Part shown: one piece after another, positions 59,528-64,000 of the stretch
Position numbering within the stretch: position 1 is the first letter of the stretch
Layout of the letters: every line of letters starts with the position of its first letter
Assembly: GCA_030390025.1 (NCBI GenBank)
Contig: CM059431.1
Span: 108,998,001 to 109,062,000, forward strand
DNA from: Squalus acanthias
Taxonomy: Eukaryota
DNA length: 64,000 nt
Reading direction: 5' to 3'
Position numbers and translations under genes: made by a program
The notes under the pieces: generated by a model
The model's database searches: none
The model's input: the letters and a program-made list of their open reading frames with translations, nothing else
Told to the model about the DNA's origin: nothing

Positions 59528-61175
59528 ATTTCAGGTGTGAGCCAGACATGTACTTCCAGCGGTTTCCCTTTTCATTTCAGTTTTCGCTTACTTGGTGTTT
59601 TACATTTTTATCCGTCTTGTTCGATGGGAGAAGGTGGAGTCCAAAAGCGACGACTAAATAAGTTTTCTCATCTGTTCCCTCCCACTCAAGACTGTGCTGC
59701 TGCAGAAGCCAAGCACACAATAGAAGTTCAGGAGGTAGACTAGTTTACATATTGCACAAAATGCAAGACAAGCTCAACCTTTCAGCCTACATTTAATAGG
59801 AAATAAAGGACACATTGGGTTTATGTTGTGGAAAATTAGTCCCGAGATGGTTTCGAACCACATGACTGAGCTCCTTTGTCTTGTATACAAATGGCTAATG
59901 AAGCACATCTAGATCTAAACTGTTTCTTTTTAGTGTCGCTACTGTAGCAGAACTACTCTTAGCTTATGACATGTCCTCTGTGGCTTCCTTGCCGTATAAA
60001 TATTCTCTCATTTGCACACACGTGTCGAGTTTCTACGTGCAGGGGTCACTCTCCAACATGCAACACTGGTTATATTTTGGGAGGCTGGTTAAGGTAAAAT
60101 AACTTATTTTATGCTTCACAGAGCAAAGCATTTGAGAAATGCTTCTTTCCTTTAACCCTTGAATCCCATATTTGAATTTGACTGAATTGTACTCTTGATA
60201 TTATCCAGACAATTTGCACTTATTTATTGGACCAAAAATAAATGGAGTTGTACAACTGTGAACAAAAATAAAGGTACATTTTTTGCAAATGAGTATTCTT
60301 TACTGCTTTACTGGTGGTTAAATGCATCAAACGGATTGGTACTGAGTCAGACAGCTCACGTCCCAAGTCTGGAGTTCTGGTTTACACTAGGTTTACTGAT
60401 TTCCGGGGAAGAAGGGTGGGAGGGAAGAAAATCAGCCAGACGTGATCTCCTGGGCTGCTTTCGCTCACCTGTGGGGGGGGGGGGGGTCAGAGAGGAAATC
60501 GCCAGAGTAATTTTTTCCCCCTATATTGGCCCTGAGGTTTTCTCTGGTTTAATGCCTCTTCCAGGAGATTACACGGCGGTGGGGGTGGGGTGGGAAGTGG
60601 TCAGTCATGATGCCAGTTGGGAGCTGCGTGGTGAAAAGGTTTGCCCACTTCCCTGTTTTCCTCACACTTTCTCCCTTTCTCGGATGTTGTGCGTGCAGTC
60701 CTTTGCAAAAGGGCAACGGGATTCCATTGCTGACATCCCGTCAAAACGTATTCCTACTCACATTACGCAGGCATTACTCCCCAGGGTAATGCACAACCCG
60801 CTCGCCACCTGCCCTGCCCATTGTGTGCATTGTTGTCTTCTTGGCTTGCATTCTCGAATTGATTAAGAAAATTAAGTATGCGGTGATATATAAAAAAAAA
60901 AGGAAACTTTTACACCATGCGGTGGCAGAACAATTTTCTGACGGCAAACTGCAAATGACTTCTCAATCGCAATCGTTAATCCTGGAGCACTGTCACGGAT
61001 CAATGACATGATAGTCAGAGTGATTACGAGGGCAGACACATAACCAATGCAAAGTATGCGCTATGCGTTATGAAAAATACTAGTATCCATGTAGTGATTT
61101 CAGAGCGACAGGGTTCACATGAAGGTTGTAGAAACAACTCCAGAAAATTTCCCTGATGGATCAATCAGTAAATAA

Positions 61176-61832
61176 GGGGGGAAAATTCGGTTGCTTTGCG
61201 CCTCCCGTTAGCCCCCCCGAGGGGGACGCCAACGGGGTGCAAAGCAACTAGCGCCCGGGCGCGGCGCCGCTAACGCCTCCCGCGAAATTCAGCGGGAGGT
61301 TAGCGGTGATGGTACAGCCCCGTGGCGCTGCGCCTCCGGCGATGACGTCATCGCCGTGCGCAGCACACCGGCCATAAACTTGGCTCGTGCTCCCTGACCT
61401 ACCGCTGGACGCTATGTCCGACAGGGTCAGGGGGGTGTTTTTGCGGCCGGGGTGGCGATTATTTAAGGAGCAGGTGCCGGGCGGCCATTATTTTTTGGGC
61501 CGCCTGCCAGCACCTGCCCCCTCTCACCTCCTCCTGCAGGGTGCCGGCCGCGATCGGTCAGCACGGCACTCCTCGAGCAGGCCCCCGGTGCGTGCTGTGC
61601 TAGGCCCCTCCCCTTTAATCAGGGGAGGGAGGCCCGCAGTACCGCGGCGCTATGTGCCGGCGCTGCTGCACGTAGCGCCATGATATTCAATGGGAGCGCC
61701 CCAAGAGAGAGGAGGAGCGCTTCCAGTAGAGCCCCGCCTCCTGCTTGGGGAGCTACCATTGAATTTTGGCCACGGGGGTGCTAAAAGCTAGAAGTTATCA
61801 CCCCAAAGGGGGCGCAAGCCAATTTTCCCCCC
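61176..61832. mobile_element. CpG-rich Harbinger-like MITE
   Basis: TIR ggggggaaaatt / aattttcccccc with subterminal ttgcgcc(t)ccc / gggggcgcaa. Confidence 0.8.
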
Positions 61833-62034
61833 AAGGTTTGTGGCGTGATACTGAGCCATAAGGGCCATGAAAAGTGCCAATAGGTTAAGGAGGAGAAAAA
61901 CCACATGCAAAAGACATTTAGCATCCTGTCTTTGATTGCTACAAACTGACTCCTAATGGAAAGCGAGCATGTGTGAATAAGATCTGGCACAGCTGTGATG
62001 CCTTCCATGGTTAAACTGCCTGTTGAGACTCATA

Positions 62035-62510
62035 GGCCCGGATATTAACTTGGAGGCGGGGAGGGAGCGGGGGTGCTGTTTTGCGGTCAGGAAACCCGGA
62101 AGAACAGGTTCCCCCAGGCCCTGCCGATTTTAACGGACGGGGCCTGATCAATATTTTTTGTCTCTGGTTCCCGGCAGTAGCCAGCCAGATTGAGGGGCTG
62201 GCTGGCTGGCTGTCGGGTGGGTAGGCCTTTGGAACCAGGCCACAGCTGGTGAGTGGAGAGGATGGAAGGAGAGATCGTGGGTTGGGGGGGGCCGTAGATC
62301 AAGGATTGGAGGCCGTAGATCAATCAGAGGGTCGGGGTGGGCGGAGACCGGAGACACATCGGGGTGGGGTGGGGCGAAGGAATCAGAGGCTCGGGAAGGT
62401 GGGGGAAAAGAGATTGGAAGGGTTGGGTCGGTGGGAGATCGTGGCTTGGGGGATAAGCACTACCTGCTGTATCCAGCAGTCCGCGCCTCCCTTTAGCTGC
62501 CGGGCTTCAT
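62035..62510. mobile_element. Partial Harbinger-like MITE (4200/50538 family)
   Basis: Starts ggcccggatattaac; ends at ctccctttagctgccggg as in the copy at 4680. Confidence 0.65.
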
Positions 62511-63014
62511 GAACATTCACAAACGAACAATTACTCATTTAGTGTAACTGTTCATTTTGTCATAGCCCTGAAACGTGACTAGAGTTTGCATAGATAACTA
62601 TTTGTTGTTGATTTTACCCCTCGTCTCTCCCACGTGTCCTGCCTATTGCTTGTGTCTGACCAGTTTGGTAAGGTATAACAAGCATGAAATTCACAGCTGA
62701 CACGTGGTAACCGTAACATGAGATATCAGCTTTCAGGAGCTCGCACACAGCTGCAAAACTGTGTCCAACGTATCAATCAGATCACGACAAACGAGCTTCC
62801 TCAACGGCCCAACCCCAGCGCCACACAATATTGTCATGTGTCATGCAGACCAGTTGGGTGAAGGGTCAGATTGGTTGTAGCGCCACCTACGTCAAATGCT
62901 CTGCCAACACTGACTGCCTAGGCATGCATATCAAGAATGGTCACTTCAGCGAGCTATCAAAGTGTGTTTGGTATCCATAAATCCTGTATCTTGGCATTAG
63001 TGTCCTCAGGAGAT

Positions 63015-63433
63015 TTATTTATTTATTCTCAGGATGTTGGTGTCGCTGGCAAGGCCAGCATTTATTGCCCATCGCTAGTTGCCCTTGAGAAGGTGGTGGT
63101 GAGCCACCTTCTTGAACCGCTGCAGTCCGTGAGGTGAAGGTACGCCCATAGTGCTATTAGAGAGGGAGTTCCAGGATTTTGACCCAGCAACGATGAAGGA
63201 ACGGCAATATATCTCCAAGTCAGGATGGTGTGTGACTTGGAGGAGAACTTCACTTGGAGGTGGTGGTGTTCCCATGCCCCTGCTGCCCTTGTCCTTCTAG
63301 GTGGTAGAGGTCGCGGGTTTGGGAGGTGCTGTCAAAGAAGCCTTGGCAAGTTGCTGCAGTGCATCTTGTAGATGGTACACACTGCAGACACGGTGCGCCG
63401 GTGGTGGAGGGAGTGAATGTTTAAGGTGGTGGA
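63015..63433 (-). mobile_element. 3' end of the second CR1-superfamily LINE family
   Basis: RSFIVAGSKSWNSLSNSTMGVPSPHGLQRFKKVAHHHLLKGN. Confidence 0.87.
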
Positions 63434-64000
63434 GAGTGAAAAAAAGAGGGGAAGTTGTCAACAACTCTTCAAAACTGGAAAGAGGAGAGGGGGAATGAAA
63501 CCGGACATCCAGCCATATCATCACAAAGCTACCATTTTCATCAACATCAGTACTAGGCACTGTTGTTCCAAAGCAACTTTTATTTTGATTTCAGGTCTGC
63601 ACTAGTTATCCACTTGGGTTCATTACCACCTATTCTCTCCCGTAAGTGGATCCCAAGTCGCCTATGAGGAGGAGTTAACTTTATTGCCAAATATCTAGTC
63701 ATACGATGACAATGAATCCCCTTATGTGAACTGGATACTGTAATCTTGCAGCCTGCCCTCACATGCAATTCTCCCATCTTCTGAGGTAGACTGATGCATA
63801 CTTAGTGACACAAGGCTAATTGTAAATCACATAATGTGAACACACAGGAATAACATTTACAGTGAATTTTAATTTATTTCATAATGCTCCTTGTAACAGT
63901 GAAACCAAAGCATGTCACAGTATCCCAGTTAACAAACTGAGTACATTTTTCTGACTCGCTATTCTCTGAAACTAGCAGGCCTGTCAACTTAAGAAGGGAG

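Noticed and set aside
60195..60866. 223-aa + strand ORF
   Set aside because: Non-ATG start, no recognisable domain, and it crosses a SINE relic and a poly-G run.
19345..64000. Upstream DACH1 exon (poly-Ala...AMKVKKIKLE)
   Set aside because: No matching peptide in the ORF track or by eye; it probably lies beyond 64000.

Overview
Repeat-rich vertebrate genomic DNA, most likely a cartilaginous fish. This is inferred from the HE1-type V-SINE, Deu-domain SINEs and the shark-type CR1, L2 and Penelope content; the species cannot be determined. The whole window appears to lie inside the DACH1 (dachshund family transcription factor 1) gene on the minus strand. Only two exons are present: a 156-bp frame-preserving exon (18942-19097) and a 173-bp exon (12166-12338), both with canonical AG/GT ends. 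I did not find the neighbouring exons. The rest is intron: CR1 and L2 LINE fragments, three or four SINE families, Penelope-like retroelement (PLE) remnants, PIF/Harbinger-type MITEs, microsatellites and AT-rich repeat-free blocks that may be conserved enhancers. Nearly all ORFs in the supplied track are TE-derived or spurious. I cannot support a wholly new biological system. The most notable signals are: (i) seven PLE-borne minimal hammerhead ribozyme motifs, three with complete folds outside any competing hairpin, all on the strand antisense to DACH1; (ii) a perfect 80-bp-arm PLE hairpin whose sense-strand arm lacks the ribozyme core; (iii) three independent locally templated insertions at TE breakpoints (223-bp inverted, 136-bp direct, 21-bp filler); (iv) inverted repeat pairs bracketing the 173-bp exon. 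TE boundaries without a stated TSD are approximate, and family names come from recognition rather than database searches.
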